From Octopus vulgaris (taxonomy: Eukaryota): a stretch of DNA of 64,000 bases. The stretch is taken from NCBI GenBank assembly GCA_951406725.2, contig OX597834.1:17174001-17238000 (forward strand), given 5' to 3'. The notes under the pieces were generated by a model. That model was not told the origin of the DNA, made no database searches, and saw nothing but the letters and a program-made list of their open reading frames with translations. Below, in pieces: positions 1-12,205 of the stretch. The position numbers and the translations under genes are program-made. Within the stretch, counting starts at the first letter, position 1. Every line of letters starts with the position of its first letter.

Positions 1-214
1 ATATGCATTTGGCCATTTGAGAGATGAGTGTCTTGGCGAGCTGTGTGGTAATAACTTGATTCCCAGTCACATGGTTTTGGGTTCAGTGGTACTGTGTGAT
101 CACCTGACAAGTGTCTTCTTCTATAGCCTTGGGCCAATCAAAGCCTTGTAAGTGGATTTGGTATATTGGAACTGAAAGAAGCCTGCCGGATGTGAGTGTG
201 TGTGTGTCGATGTA

Positions 215-446
215 CAGAGTGGTCCAAAAGTAGGTTTACAGTTATTTAACTATCTCTTTTGTGTTCATATATTAAGAGTTTAGATCTTAATTATAAAAAA
301 ATATGAAACCATTATTCTATGCTAATTTAGTTATAATTTTGTCGAGCTCCATTTTCAGTTTGTAAGATAGAAATTTAAATGTAATGTTTTAAAAGAAATT
401 TAAAATGCCTGTGTGATAACTGTAAACCTACTTTTGGGCCACCCTA
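215..446. mobile_element. Tc1/mariner-type MITE
   Basis: TIRs cagagtggtccaaaagtaggtttacagttat / ataactgtaaacctacttttgggccacccta, TA flanks, no coding capacity. Confidence 0.8.
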
Positions 447-465
447 TATATATATACGCACACAT

Positions 466-780
466 ATGGCTTAATGGTTAAGGTTTCCAGCTAATGATTG
501 TAAGGTTGTGAGTTTGCGTCCCAGCAGCACATTGTAGCTTTGAGCAAGACATTTTATTTCACATTGGTCCACTCCACTCAGTTGGCAAAAATGAGTAGTA
601 CTTGTATTTCCAAGGGCCATCCTTGTTACATTCTGTGTCACACTAAATATTCCTGAGAACTATATTTGAGGGTCCACATGTCTGCGGAAACTTCAACCAC
701 TTGCATGTTAATTTTATAAGTAGGCTGTTCTACTGATTGGATCAACTAGAACATTCATTCTAACTGAAGGAATGCCAATC
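466..780 (+). mobile_element. tRNA-derived SINE, family C
   Basis: A-box-like tggcttaatggttaagg and body ttgagcaagacattttatttcacattggtccactccactcagttggcaaaaatgagt, shared with copies at 10058, 11962, 42491 and 63853. Confidence 0.7.
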
Positions 781-1048
781 ACACACACACGAGATAATCA
801 GGTAATCATCTCAGCAGCACTTCATGCAGAAACCTGGCTAGCAAAGTGTTTGAATAGCAACATAAAGGTTACACCTTTTGATTAACTAAAGAATGATTAC
901 TTTGTACTGTGGTCAATTATTAAAGAAGCACTCTGCCAATCCAAGGAATCCATATCAAATTGAAGAAAAGAGTCTGTGTGTATATAGATATATACTCCAA
1001 TGTGGCCACAACCTTAGGGCTGAAATGTACACACACTGGTATTTATTG

Positions 1049-1211
1049 TTGTGAGTTCTAATTCCGCCGAGGTCGACTTTGCCTTTCATCCTTTCGGGGT
1101 CGATAAATTAAGTACCAGTTACGCACTGGGGTCGATGTAATTGACTTAATACCTATGTCTGTCCTTGTTTGTCTGCTCTGTGTTTAGCCCCTTGTGGGTA
1201 ATAAAGAAATA
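1049..1211 (+). mobile_element. SINE family B (young subfamily), 5'-truncated, 11-bp TSD
   Basis: Core gccgaggtcgactttgcctttcatcctttcggggtcgataaattaagtaccag; 3' end ...gtaataaagaaata; TSD ggtatttattg at 1038-1048 and 1212-1222. Confidence 0.9.
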
Positions 1212-2476
1212 GGTATTTATTGCTAAGGTTTTAATTTAAAGTGTTAATAAGTACTAATTTGGGGAGCTATTAATTTATCTCTTCATATTCTTGGGGGGGG
1301 TAATGTTCATCATAAATATTGAATTAAAGTGAGATTCATGGCTGTTTTAAACAGCAGTTGAATTTGTTTTGGGGATGAGGTGGGGTGGCTAATGAATTAT
1401 CTATGAAGCGAGATGCTTGTGGAGAATGAGTAATGACAAATGCTTTGTACTGTACTTGGTATCACGGTTCCCTGACGAGTCCCATCAATTAATCTGTTGT
1501 TTTTTTTTTTTGTACCAAATTTATATATATATATAGATGCAAGTGTATCTGTGTATTAAGAAGCTTGCTTCCTAACCACATGATTCCAGGTCAGGTTCCT
1601 CAGGTTGGCCAAAGCCTTGAGTGGATTTGGTCAAGCACTGGGGTCAATATAAATGATTTACCCTCTCTCCCCAAACTTGCCGGCCTCGTGTCAAAATTTG
1701 AAACCAATTAGGTTAATTGATACTCAAAATTTAAAACCAATTAGGTTGATTGATACTGAAAGAAGGGGAAAAAGGTTTAGAGTGAGGGCATAACATTTTA
1801 AAATACTACTGTGGACCCAATTTTGCATGAGTGGACCACCCCTAAGATCTTATATGGACCATAAGGGGTGATATGGACTCTGGTTGAAACCCACTGAATT
1901 ATGGTTTTAATGACAACAGAATGATGCAGGAGTGTCCGGTTATATGTGGGTGTGCATTGCATGCATGAGGGTACATGTGTATGTAGCATATATGCATATA
2001 TTTGTGTGCAAATGTGTGTATGTATAAGAGGTATGGGCAGTGCATTTGTCTTTGGTTGGTAAGATTAGCAATGTCTCTCTCTCTTTCTCTGAGTGAGTGT
2101 GTATGCGTTTGCATGTACTTACATATGTGTGTGGCATAGGTTGAATGTGTATGTGGGTGCATGCGTGTGCCATGATTGATCAACATTGCTTTGGTTGATA
2201 AGCAAATTCTTTTTATAGTAGAGTGCTGTTAATATGAAGCCAATGTTTTCATTTGAAAGTAATCGCAATTATTTGCTTGTTCAGTTATTCAAACTACAAT
2301 TGGCTAATTGTGAATACATTTTCTTGAAACCATTGATATTGTATTAACAGCACTCAACTCTTAAAAAGATACTCACTCACACAGACAGATACACACACGT
2401 ATATATGCCTGTATCTGTCTTCTTTAAATCCAGCAATTTAGGCTTAGGCTCTGTATATATGTGTGTGTGTGTATGA

Positions 2477-2522
<46 letters not shown>

Positions 2523-2569
2523 GTAAATGTCAAACGATGCAAATGAGTGATCAACACTGCATTCATTCT

Positions 2570-2776
2570 TTCCTCCACTTATTTCAGTCATGACTTGCGG
2601 CCATGCTGGAGCACCACCTGTAGTCGAACAAATCGACCCCAGAACTTATTCTTTGTAAGCTTAGTACTTACTCTGTCGTTCTCTTTTTGCTGAACTGCTA
2701 AGTGACGGGGATGCAAATACACCAACATCAGTCGTCAAGCGATGGTGGGGGAGGCAAACATAGATGCAAATACAAT

Positions 2777-2818
<42 letters not shown>

Positions 2819-2890
2819 CACACACACACATGTATATATGTATATACAATGGTGGCCAAGGTGCCGCGCAGTGGGACTGAACCCTGAACC

Positions 2891-2892
<2 letters not shown>
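2570..2892 (-). mobile_element. SINE family A (partial)
   Basis: Reverse-complement similarity to the intact copies at 53276 and 54944 (ggccatgctggagcaccac, gtgccgcgcagtgggactgaacc). Confidence 0.8.
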
Positions 2893-2924
<32 letters not shown>

Positions 2925-2926
<2 letters not shown>

Positions 2927-3270
2927 TCGTTTAGCGTCCGCTTTCCATGCTAGCATGGGTTGGACTGTTCAACTGCGGTCTGGGAAGCCAGAAGACTGCA
3001 CCAGGCCCAGTCTGATCTGGCAATGTTTCTACGGCTGGATGCCCTTCCTAACGCCAACCACTCCGTGAGTGTAGTGGGTGCCACCAGCACAGGTGCCAGA
3101 CAAGGCTGGCAAATGGCCACGGTCGGATGGTGCTTTTTACGTGCCACCGGCACGGGGGCTAGGCGAGGCTGACAATGGCCACGATCAGATGGTGCTTTTT
3201 AAGTGCCACCGGCATGAGGCCAGTCGGGCCGGCACTGGAAACAGCCATGTTTGGATGGTTCTCTTACGTA
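2925..3270 (-). mobile_element. Retroposon family D with (ATG)n tail and internal ~55-bp tandem units
   Basis: catcgtttagcgtccgctttccatgctagcatggg...ggctggatgcccttcctaacgccaaccactcc recurs at 9565, 20838, 23913, 35791, 36212, 38870, 51395 and 61665. Confidence 0.8.
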
Positions 3271-4002
3271 TATATATATATAAAATCTGGTCTTGAAGTA
3301 TCAGAGTTGAAGAAAATGAAATATTGTCATATAACTAAGAAATTCTAACTAGTGAGTGTTGTTTAAACTCATGGTCCTGATCAAGAGAATCTTTCTGATC
3401 AGCCATTCTTGCTATAACCATTTCACCTTCTTATGAGTATCTTGGACATTTTGTAATGTGTCCATTTTTTTTAAAGATAGCAATGTGTGGTTGTAGGGTG
3501 ATAGGACTACTCTTTCTAGGCGGCTCAGTGCTCGCATAGTTTCCCCTCATTGGCCCACCCGTTTTGCTAAGATTAGCAGGCAATGTTCAACCAGGATATT
3601 TTGTGATATCTAAAACAAACTGACTGACTGCACCCTGGACTACAGAATTAGTTTGACTTCTGGGGGGTAAATACCTTCTCTTAGCTACGATTCCCCCCCA
3701 TCTTACAAACACATATGAAAGGAGATTCATTTACATTTGTCTTATCTATTTTTTAAGTTAATTTACTGCACACTTGAGCAAAGTTCTGCTTGAAAGTCCA
3801 TGGATCTGCCTCCAATTGATTAGTATTTGCTTATGATGATTGTGTTAATGATACGTTAACATAATACCAGAATGAGGAATGCTCTACAGCTTATTAACAT
3901 AACATTTTTCTCTGAGTCATATAGGATTTCAAATACCATTTTTTCAATATATATCATTGGAATAATTTTATGAGATCATTTTGTATATTTTAAGGCATAA
4001 TT

Positions 4003-4455
4003 TAGGTGCGGGCATGGCTGTGTGGTTAAGAAGCTTCTTAACCAAGTGGTCCTGGGTTCAGACCTTCTGTGCAACCCCTGGGGCAAGTGTCTTTTATTAT
4101 TACTCTGGGCTAACCAAAATGCTGTCAGATGGGGGATGAAGGAAGCCAGCTACACTTGTGTGTGTGTGTGTGTGTGTGTAGTTATATGTATGTATGTATG
4201 CATGCATGTGTGCATGAACTGTTGTCTTGACATCCTGTGAGGATTGTAAATGAGCATCACTGTCATACAAGTGAGGTTGTTCATTTCCAGTCTTTCGTGA
4301 AAACATGTCTGGCCATGGGGTAATATTACCTTGCTTGGAAACAGGTGAGGATTGACAGGAGGAAGGGTATCTGGCCTTAGAAAATCTCCCTCAACAAATT
4401 TTGTCTGACTTAGGCAAACATGGAACAGTGGGCGTTGTCTGATAATGATAATGAT
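4003..4455 (+). mobile_element. Composite SINE: family-A head with a different body ending in an (ATG)-type tail
   Basis: Head ggcatggctgtgtggttaagaagctt...gggttcag; tail ggaaacaggtgagg...aggaagggtatctggcc...catggaacagtgggcgtt. Related copies at 9147-9535, 37870-38170(-), 52140-52530 and 61990-62430(-). Confidence 0.7.
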
Positions 4456-4711
4456 TTTTTTTTTTGTTTTTTGTTTTCTTTGGAATCAAAGCTATTTTAA
4501 TTTTTGACTTGTAGAAAGTTGGATGGTAAAAATTTTGTATAATCATGAAAGGTTTAACTACTTTGATATTTTAGCATTTCTCAGTATTTTCTCAATTATT
4601 TCTCAGAATAAGGTTTAATCTAATTCTTTTCCAAAATTTTGCTTTGATAGGCAATGTTAATATTTGATTAATTTATTTTTCTTCTTTGTTTTCCTCCCAG
4701 GTGTAAAAGAA

Positions 4712-4726
4712 ATGATGGAATATTGA
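4712..4726 (+). promoter_or_regulatory. Short upstream ORF (ATG ATG GAA TAT TGA) in the epsin 5' UTR
   Basis: Two tandem ATGs inside exon 4701-5273, out of frame with the main ATG and terminating 58 nt before it. Confidence 0.6.
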
Positions 4727-4784
4727 GATATTCATAGTAGCTTTTTAATAGCAGTGTTGTGGCTCTGGTCTTGAGAAAAGAAAA

Positions 4785-5273
4785 ATGCCAACCATTCGAC
4801 GAACAATTAAAAATGTTGTTTGGAATTACTCAGATGCCCAGATCAAAGTTCGGGAAGCGACATCAAATGACCCATGGGGACCTTCAAGTACACTGATGTC
4901 TGAGATAGCCGATCTAACTTACAATGTTGTTGCCTTCACAGAAATTATGCAAATGATCTGGAAGCGGTTAAACGATCATGGGAAGAACTGGAGACATGTT
5001 TATAAATCTTTAGTGCTATTGGATTATATTATTAAAACTGGGAGTGAAAAGGTAGCTCAGCAGTGTAAAGAAAATGTTTATGCAATTCAGACTTTAAAAG
5101 ACTTTCAATATACTGAGGACAACAAAGACCAAGGTATGAATGTACGAGAGAAAGCCAAACAATTAGTTTCACTTTTGAAAGACGATGAACGACTACGAAA
5201 TGAACGTGCAAAAGCATTGAAAGCTAAAGAAAGATTTGCACAAAATGCCATGGGTATTGGAAGTAATAATAAG
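4785..5273 (+). CDS. EPN2: Epsin, first coding exon: complete ENTH (PIP2-binding) domain, 163 codons. The exon spans 4701-5273 including 84 nt of 5' UTR.
   Basis: Translation MPTIRRTIKNVVWNYSDAQIKVREATSNDPWGPSSTLMSEIADLTYNVVAF...KRLNDHGKNWRHVYKSL...KDQGMNVREKAKQLV matches the epsin-1/2/3 (liquid facets) ENTH signature rather than epsinR. Acceptor ttcctcccag at 4691-4700; donor AAG|gtaagg at 5273/5274 (phase 0). The symbol is nominal: this is a single invertebrate co-ortholog of EPN1/2/3. Confidence 0.97.
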
Positions 5274-7907
5274 GTAAGGAGACCATTTGCTGGTTATTTT
5301 CTTCATGTATTTCTTTTCTGAGTTTTACAGAAGTAGTACTGTTTCAAATCAAAGATTTTCTTCAGAAATTGAAGAAAACTTTTGTAATACATTAGTAAAT
5401 CTGTAAATCTCTCAAATGAAATAATCACTCTCCATTCGTGGATTGAGTCCTTTATATCTAATAGATCTTCTTGGTCTTTGGATTGATTAAAGAAATATGT
5501 ATCAAGCTGCTGATATTAAAATGTTAAACACTAAAGGTATACAAATTAGTGTCGCCAGTTCTCTATTGCTACTAGATTTAATGAGCATATAAACAGAATG
5601 GTTACTTGTTTCTCTGGGATTGGGCAAGTGATGTAGACACCTGATGAGATCCCAATAAGGGTCAACAGTTGATTAAGGCTCTTTATCATTTTTTCAGTCT
5701 ACAGAGAAATTGGTAAAATTGATGTTTGTATATCTGTTACATAGGCTTACATATATATTTAATGTATATATGAATAAGATGACGGTGAATTATCTGAGAT
5801 GTTTTGCTGCTTCAGTTTAGAATTCTTTGTTCCAAAATAACAAAGTAAAAAAAAAAAAAGGTACAAAATATAACAATCAAATTTGATGATTAAATGAAAC
5901 TATCATAGCTTCTATCTACTTGTCTTATTTTCTGTGCAATAGGTGTGAACTCATCTTATGAGATGAATTTGAGAATGAAATAAAATTTTCATAATATGAA
6001 GTACCTTCTGGAAAAACAGACAAAACACTCTGTTTCATATTAACCTATGATTCAAAGATAAATCAATAGATACATTTTATGTGTGTGTTAAAGCAGAAAA
6101 ATATTGCTCTGTCATCTTGTAATACATGTCAGGGAAATGAATGTGTGTCTGTCTAAGATTTTCTGCAAAATAACTTTAGACAACAAACTTACTGAGTTGA
6201 TGGTTTCAGTTGAGTAGTAATGTTTGTACTGTCCCTGGTACTGTTCATAGTAGTTAGTAACACTCAAGAATCACTAAAGCTTCTGTTTGTTTATTTTATT
6301 GGATTGGTTTAGAGGTATGGTTTGTGCCCATGGCCTCTCAATATCAGGGTTCAACCATTGAAACTGATGTGGTTAATCTTTCTTGTGAGTAATTGGTTCA
6401 AATTGATGATTGCAAGAAAAAAGAAAAGGTAAGGATGGAATTCCAGAGAGCTGAGGTTCTGGGAAGGAAAGACTTAGTATACTGCTTAGTACAGGTCCTT
6501 GAAGAGTCAGCACATGAGTGATGGCTGGAGGGTAGTTGAATTGACATGATAATCTCTGTTTGGAGGTTGTAGGAGAGCAGTTATCTTTTGAGGAACAGAG
6601 GCCAACATAGTATAACAGTATAAAATGCAGAGCAAGAGGAAACAGCATCTTTGTTGGTCAGTGTGTATTGACAAGTGGCTTTATGAACAATGTGTTGTGT
6701 GGCCTTTTCTGTTTTGGATTTTAAATTTCTGGTGGGAGGCTGTGAGCTGATACGTGCATGCACACAGTTCTTTGTTAGAAAAGTGATGTTGCCATCTGAT
6801 GTTCTCACTGGTTCTCAGCCATCAATCCTCCTTAATGTCTCTCCCCCATCACAATACCTTAGTAATATGGGGTATGATTGGATTTGATATACTCCCTCAG
6901 TGAACTTCACTGTTTGGCTAGCCATCACTTCTGCTTTTCCAGATCACTCATTACTAATATCCAGAACACTCTTACTATTGAGTATTTCTACAATTATCCA
7001 TCACTTGCTTTCTCTATGATTTCTGTCTCTCTTTCCTCTGTCACAATCTGTCATTTTTAACTCTCTTATTACACTCTACCATCACTATCTCTCTGACTTT
7101 ACCTCTTCCAGCATTGTCTCTCCCATTTCCCTCTTCTCTTCTACACAGTTATTCTGTGTCTTCCATCACAATCTCCCTTCTTTGTCCTTTATACGTTTGC
7201 TCATCTTTTGCAATTAGCCTCTCTTCTACCCACTCTGTTGCTCTTGTGGCTTTGTACAAATGGGGACAGCAAAGAGTGGTGAGATCTTCTTTGGTCTTGC
7301 AAGGTACAAAGCAAATTCAATAGAGCAGATCCCATGATTAAGTTGCACTCAGTACACTCTGCAAAGTGGTTGAATGAATGGAAACCACTTAGGAAGAGAA
7401 TCCTCTTTAATTTTACCTTGTTGAAGACATGGCAGCTTCTGTAGTGCTGGTGCCATATTAAATTTCATTCCCATACATTCAGTAAAGTGGTTGACATAAG
7501 GAAGGGCATTTAGCTGCAGAAGCCCTGCCAAAATAAAATTTATGATCAAGATGTCCCTCAACTTATCCAGAAGGTTATTAACTCTGAATAAGAACTGTGA
7601 TGACCACTCCAACCCATGACAGCATAGAAAGCAAGCATGCAATGATGATGAGGATAGTACAAATCTTATTGATACATTCTAGTGTCCCATTTCAGTGACT
7701 GCCATCAGCCTTATGAATCAACTATACAAGACACACAGCTGATGTGATCTGATAGTTGTTAGTTGTAATATTAGTAATTGAAACGCAGTGAGCTGGCATG
7801 CTGGGTGAAATGCTTAGCAGTATTTTGCCTGTCTTTATGTTCTGAGTTTAAATTCCACCGAGGTTGACTTTGCCTTTCATCCTTTTGAGGTCAATAAATT
7901 AAATACC

Positions 7908-8140
7908 TATTTCTTTATTACCCACAAGGGGCTAAACACAGAGGGGACAAACAAGGACAGACATAGATATTAAGTCGATTACATCGACCCCAGTGCGTAA
8001 CTGGTACTTAATTTATCGACCCCGAAAGGATGAAAGGCAAAGTCGACCTCGGCGGAATTTGAACTCACAACGTAACGACAGACGAAATACCGCTAAGCAT
8101 TTCGCCCGGCGCGCTAACGTTTCTGCCAGCTCGCCGCCTT
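7908..8140 (-). mobile_element. Full-length young family-B SINE, nested antisense inside an older related SINE (~7786-8240, +)
   Basis: 17-bp TSD tcaataaattaaatacc at 7891-7907 and 8141-8157. The host SINE sequence continues on both sides. Confidence 0.92.
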
Positions 8141-10057
8141 TCAATAAATTAAATACCAGTTGCGTACTGGGGTCGATCTAATAGACTGGCACCCTTCCCC
8201 AAAATTTCAGGCCTTGTGCCTAGAAGTAGAAAATAATATTAGTAATTGAAAAGTGTACTGTCAGCTGACAACTGCTTAGTGAGTTATAATGAAACTAAGA
8301 CTGAAATACACATGTCTGTCTCTCTGTCTCTATCTCTCTCTCTCTTACTATCTCTATGGTCTCACATATATATTAAGTTAGCATTTACATTTTGATATTA
8401 TGTTGAATTCTTGTTATTAATTAATGGAGTCTATTAATGATCTGACAAACCTTTTGTTTTGTTCTTTTTTTTTGCTATTCTAGTCTCTAGTATAACTGAA
8501 TAAACGAGAAGTAGCAGATGGATGGCTCAATAGAACTGACTTTTTAGTTGGTGCTAGATTAATATATTTTTCTCATAGGACAACTAACCTACACTTGTAA
8601 CACTTCCTCTGCATTCAAACTGTGTCAGTATTAGAATTAGCTGAATTAACTCTAAACAGTCTATTGTAGCCTTGCTTTACAACCCACATTTTCTCTTCTC
8701 TTTAAAATATCAGAATAAAATGTTTACTCACTTTTATTATTACTTTCATGTGAAATATAAGTATAATATTTTCTCAAGAATTATGCAGTTGATCTCTATT
8801 TAAATTGAGACAAGACGCTTAGTGGTCACGCGACGAAGGTGTTATTGCTAATGTTATTGGCAATGAGGACACCAGTCAAAAGCTTGTTTAATTTAGATAA
8901 GGACATTGCTGTTGTACTTAGGCTCTCTTAAGTAAGCCACATTATTTCACTTGCTCCAGTCTATCTAAAAATACATTCTAAGAAGAAAGCAGCTTGCACG
9001 CATAAAATAAAAACTGCCCTGTCAGTCCGGATGTATGAAGTTTGGTTTGATTTCAAGGTAGCAATAAGAGAAAACATGTCATGTTAAAATGAATGTAAAA
9101 GTGTTAAAGTAATAATTTAAACAAACATTCTTTTAAATACTGGATGGGCACAGGCATGGCTGCCCAACCATGTGGTCTTGGGTTCAGTCCCACTGTATGG
9201 CACCTTGGGCAAATGTCTGCTACAGTAGCCCCTGGTTGAATACAGCCTTGTGAGTGAATATGGTAGATGGGAACTGAAAGATTCCCATCATATTTGTGTG
9301 TGTGTGTGTGTGAGAGAGACCTTGTCTAGACACCAAATGATGGCTGTTAAATAAACATCACTGTCATACAAGTGGTGGTGGTCATTTCCAGTTTTCTGCA
9401 AAAACATGTCCAACTGTGGTGAAATATTACCTTAATTAGTGAGGGTTGGTGATAGGAAGGGCATCTGACCATAGATAATCTACCTCAACAAAATCATTCA
9501 GACCTCTATAAACATGGAAAAGTGGATGTTAACTAAAAAATAGATAGTATAGTCATGGTATCCTATGCCAGTGGCAAGTAAAAACACCCGTTACACTCTC
9601 AGAGTGGTTGGTGGTAGGAAGGGCATCCAGCCGTACAAACCATACCAACTCAGACTGGATCCTGATGCAGTCCCTCAACTTACCGGCCCTGGTCAAACCA
9701 TCCAACCCATGTCAGTATGGACATTGAATGATGATGATGATGAATAATGGCAAAGATTAGTTTCTTTTTGTTGGATTTTTTCCTGAAAGGAATAAGATGT
9801 AGGAGATTGTAAATGTATCCTTGTTAGAATTGATGAAGAGTATTTCTGTAATACAATCAGTTGTTCTATTTAATCCTTGAATAATAGTGTAAAGTTGAGG
9901 AGTGTTTCACAGAGGAGTGTTACACGTACCCTTAACATAATCCTCCTGATAGGATTGGCATGTTGGATGGTCTTTGAATTTACTGATACAGTCATTCTAA
10001 TGAGCATCTCTATAGTTTCCACCTTCCCAACTTCACTTGGCTATGATAGAAGAGTGA

Positions 10058-10305
10058 AGGCACGTGGCTTAGTGGTTAGGGCATTGGACTCGTGATCGTA
10101 AGATTGTGGTTTTGATTCCTGGACTAAGCGATGTGTTGTGTTCTTGAGCAAAATACTTCATTTCACATTGGTCCAGTCCACTCACCTGGTAGAAACGAGT
10201 AATCTTGCGACAGATCAGCATCCCATCCAGGTGGGGAATATGTACGCTACTGAAATCAGGAAACTGGCCCTTATGAGCCTGGCGTGGCTTGAGAAGGAAA
10301 CATTT
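10058..10305 (+). mobile_element. tRNA-derived SINE, family C
   Basis: gcacgtggcttagtggttagggcattggactc...gattcctggac head (A/B-box-like); close relative at 11962-12205. Confidence 0.8.
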
Positions 10306-11961
10306 ATGATAGGAGAAGAATAGAAGATACTTGTACTGTAGAATTTGAACCTGAGATCTCATTACTAAGTGAACTTCTTAATCATTCTGCCTGCTCTTTC
10401 CGTGTGTGTGTGTGTCTGTTAATAAATTCTAAGGTGGCGGGCTGGTAGATCACTACTACTCTAGACAAAATGCTTAGCAGCGTTTCTTCTGGTTCATTAT
10501 GTTCTGAGTTCAAATGCCACTGAGGTCAAGTTTACCTTTCATTTTTTCACAGTTGATAAAATAATTACTAATTGAGTACTAGGGTCAATGTAATCAACTT
10601 AACCCCCTCCCTTCAAAATTGCTAAAGGGTTAAGAGGTATTTAAAGACCATTGCTTAGATCCTGCTTGAAGGCATTGATGTAGAAGAGAAATAAATACCC
10701 TTTGTCCAACAAGATTAGAGGTCTGTCATGGGTAAATATATTCCATGGTGAACTGTTTTCCATTCCTGACCCAAAGGGAATTGAGGCTATGTAGAATAAG
10801 GTATTCTGTCTGGAAATCTGGAAATTCAATAAAAAAACAACAACCGTGTATCTGATTTGAACTATCAACTCATGTGCTCATAGTCAAGTATTATATCCAG
10901 TAGACCATCTTTCTCTCTCTTGATTGTAATTGCATTCTTCATGTAACAGAGCTGCTTTGGGAAATATATATATAAGTAAACGGCAGTTGTTTAGTCTCAG
11001 GCTCGTCCTGAATTTGCAGATCTGTATCTAAAGTATTCCAGCCATAAACATCCACTCTTTTTTCTTCTTTCTTTTTCTTCTTCCTTGAGAGCATAGAATA
11101 TTTAGAACTATGTTATTCAAAGTGATATACAGGAGAGTTGGGGTACTATTTCTAGCAGACTGAGCAAACATGTAGAGGCTTTCTTATTGTCTCAAGGTGA
11201 GCAGTGTGACATTGTTATGGTAACATCAGTGTTGAGTGAGATCAAAATGGAAAATCATCTTTGAGAAATAACTGCACCCTTGAAGAGGTCTTTTATAGCC
11301 ATGTTGCTATGTCAGTCTGTTGCTTCACTTTTTTCTACCAATTTTTCTCCCCTTTCTTATCTCCTGTTCTTTTTCCTTTTTTTCTACTTCCTCCTTTCCT
11401 CTTGCTCCCCCCCCCTCCTGCTTCTCTTTAGATATTTTAGTTTTAAGACTAAGTGATCTCTTGCCTATGAATGAAAAAACAATCTCATTTCAACTTAAGT
11501 TTGTACATTTTGGCTTCTGGGGTGGCAAAGAGCTAAGAATTCTAGGTTAACCCTTTCGATATCAACCTCTTCAAGACTGCCCTTGGCTCTATGATAATAA
11601 CTTGCTGAATTTAAAGTGATCTAAATGAAAATCGCCCACCAACAAAATTTTGTGTTAATTTATGCCCCAAACACAGCCTAATAATGGCAGTTATTTTAAT
11701 GAATTCTTCATTATTTTAAAAATTAATTGAAACAAAGACATTGAATTTTAACAGAAATACGGAATGAAAAGGTTATGCTAGAATGAAAAGAGACAGTTTT
11801 TTTGTCTTTTGAGATGAGGATGGGTTGACAAATTATCAAGAGTTATTGTTTTGATTGTTGTATTTGCACTAAATCAGACTTGATTGGGCTATAATGTATG
11901 ATCAGATATGTTCTAGTCCTGACCATCCCATCTTTATCCAGCATAATGTATATAGGAGTGG

Positions 11962-12205
11962 ATGCACATGGTTTAGTGGTTAGATGTGTTGGACTCATAG
12001 TCATGAGACTGTGGTTTTGATTCCTGGAACGGGCAATATGTGTTCTTGAGCAAAACACCTCATTTCACACTGCTTCAGTTCACTCAGCTGACAAAAATGA
12101 GTAATCCTGTGGCAGGCTAGTGTCCTGTCCAAGTGGGGAATATATACGCCACTGAAACCGGGAAACCGGCCCTTATGAGCCTGGCATGGCTTAAGAAGGA
12201 TCTTC
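11962..12205 (+). mobile_element. tRNA-derived SINE, family C
   Basis: Collinear similarity to 10058-10305, ending ...ggcccttatgagcctggcatggcttaagaagg. Confidence 0.8.

Noticed and set aside
1798-3296. Numerous 60-140 aa ORFs rich in YI, CV or HT repeats, here and throughout the window
   Set aside because: They are translations of (TA)n/(TG)n microsatellites and SINE bodies. Recurrent peptides such as MRNWYL...KDERQSRPRR and CPRCHAVGLNPEP come from repeat copies, not genes.
5274-5321. ORF-track extension VRRPFAGYFLHVFLF after the ENTH domain
   Set aside because: It lies after a strong AAG|gtaagg donor and is intron read-through. There is no evidence here for intronic polyadenylation.
8461-8550. 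Strong acceptor-like tract (tttgctattctag) as an epsin exon
   Set aside because: The phase-0 frame hits a stop within a few codons from either AG, and no good donor follows.
10058-10135. tRNA-like sequences at SINE heads (also at 25380, 42491, 53276, 63853)
   Set aside because: They have A/B-box-like motifs but no intact cloverleaf, and they run directly into SINE bodies.
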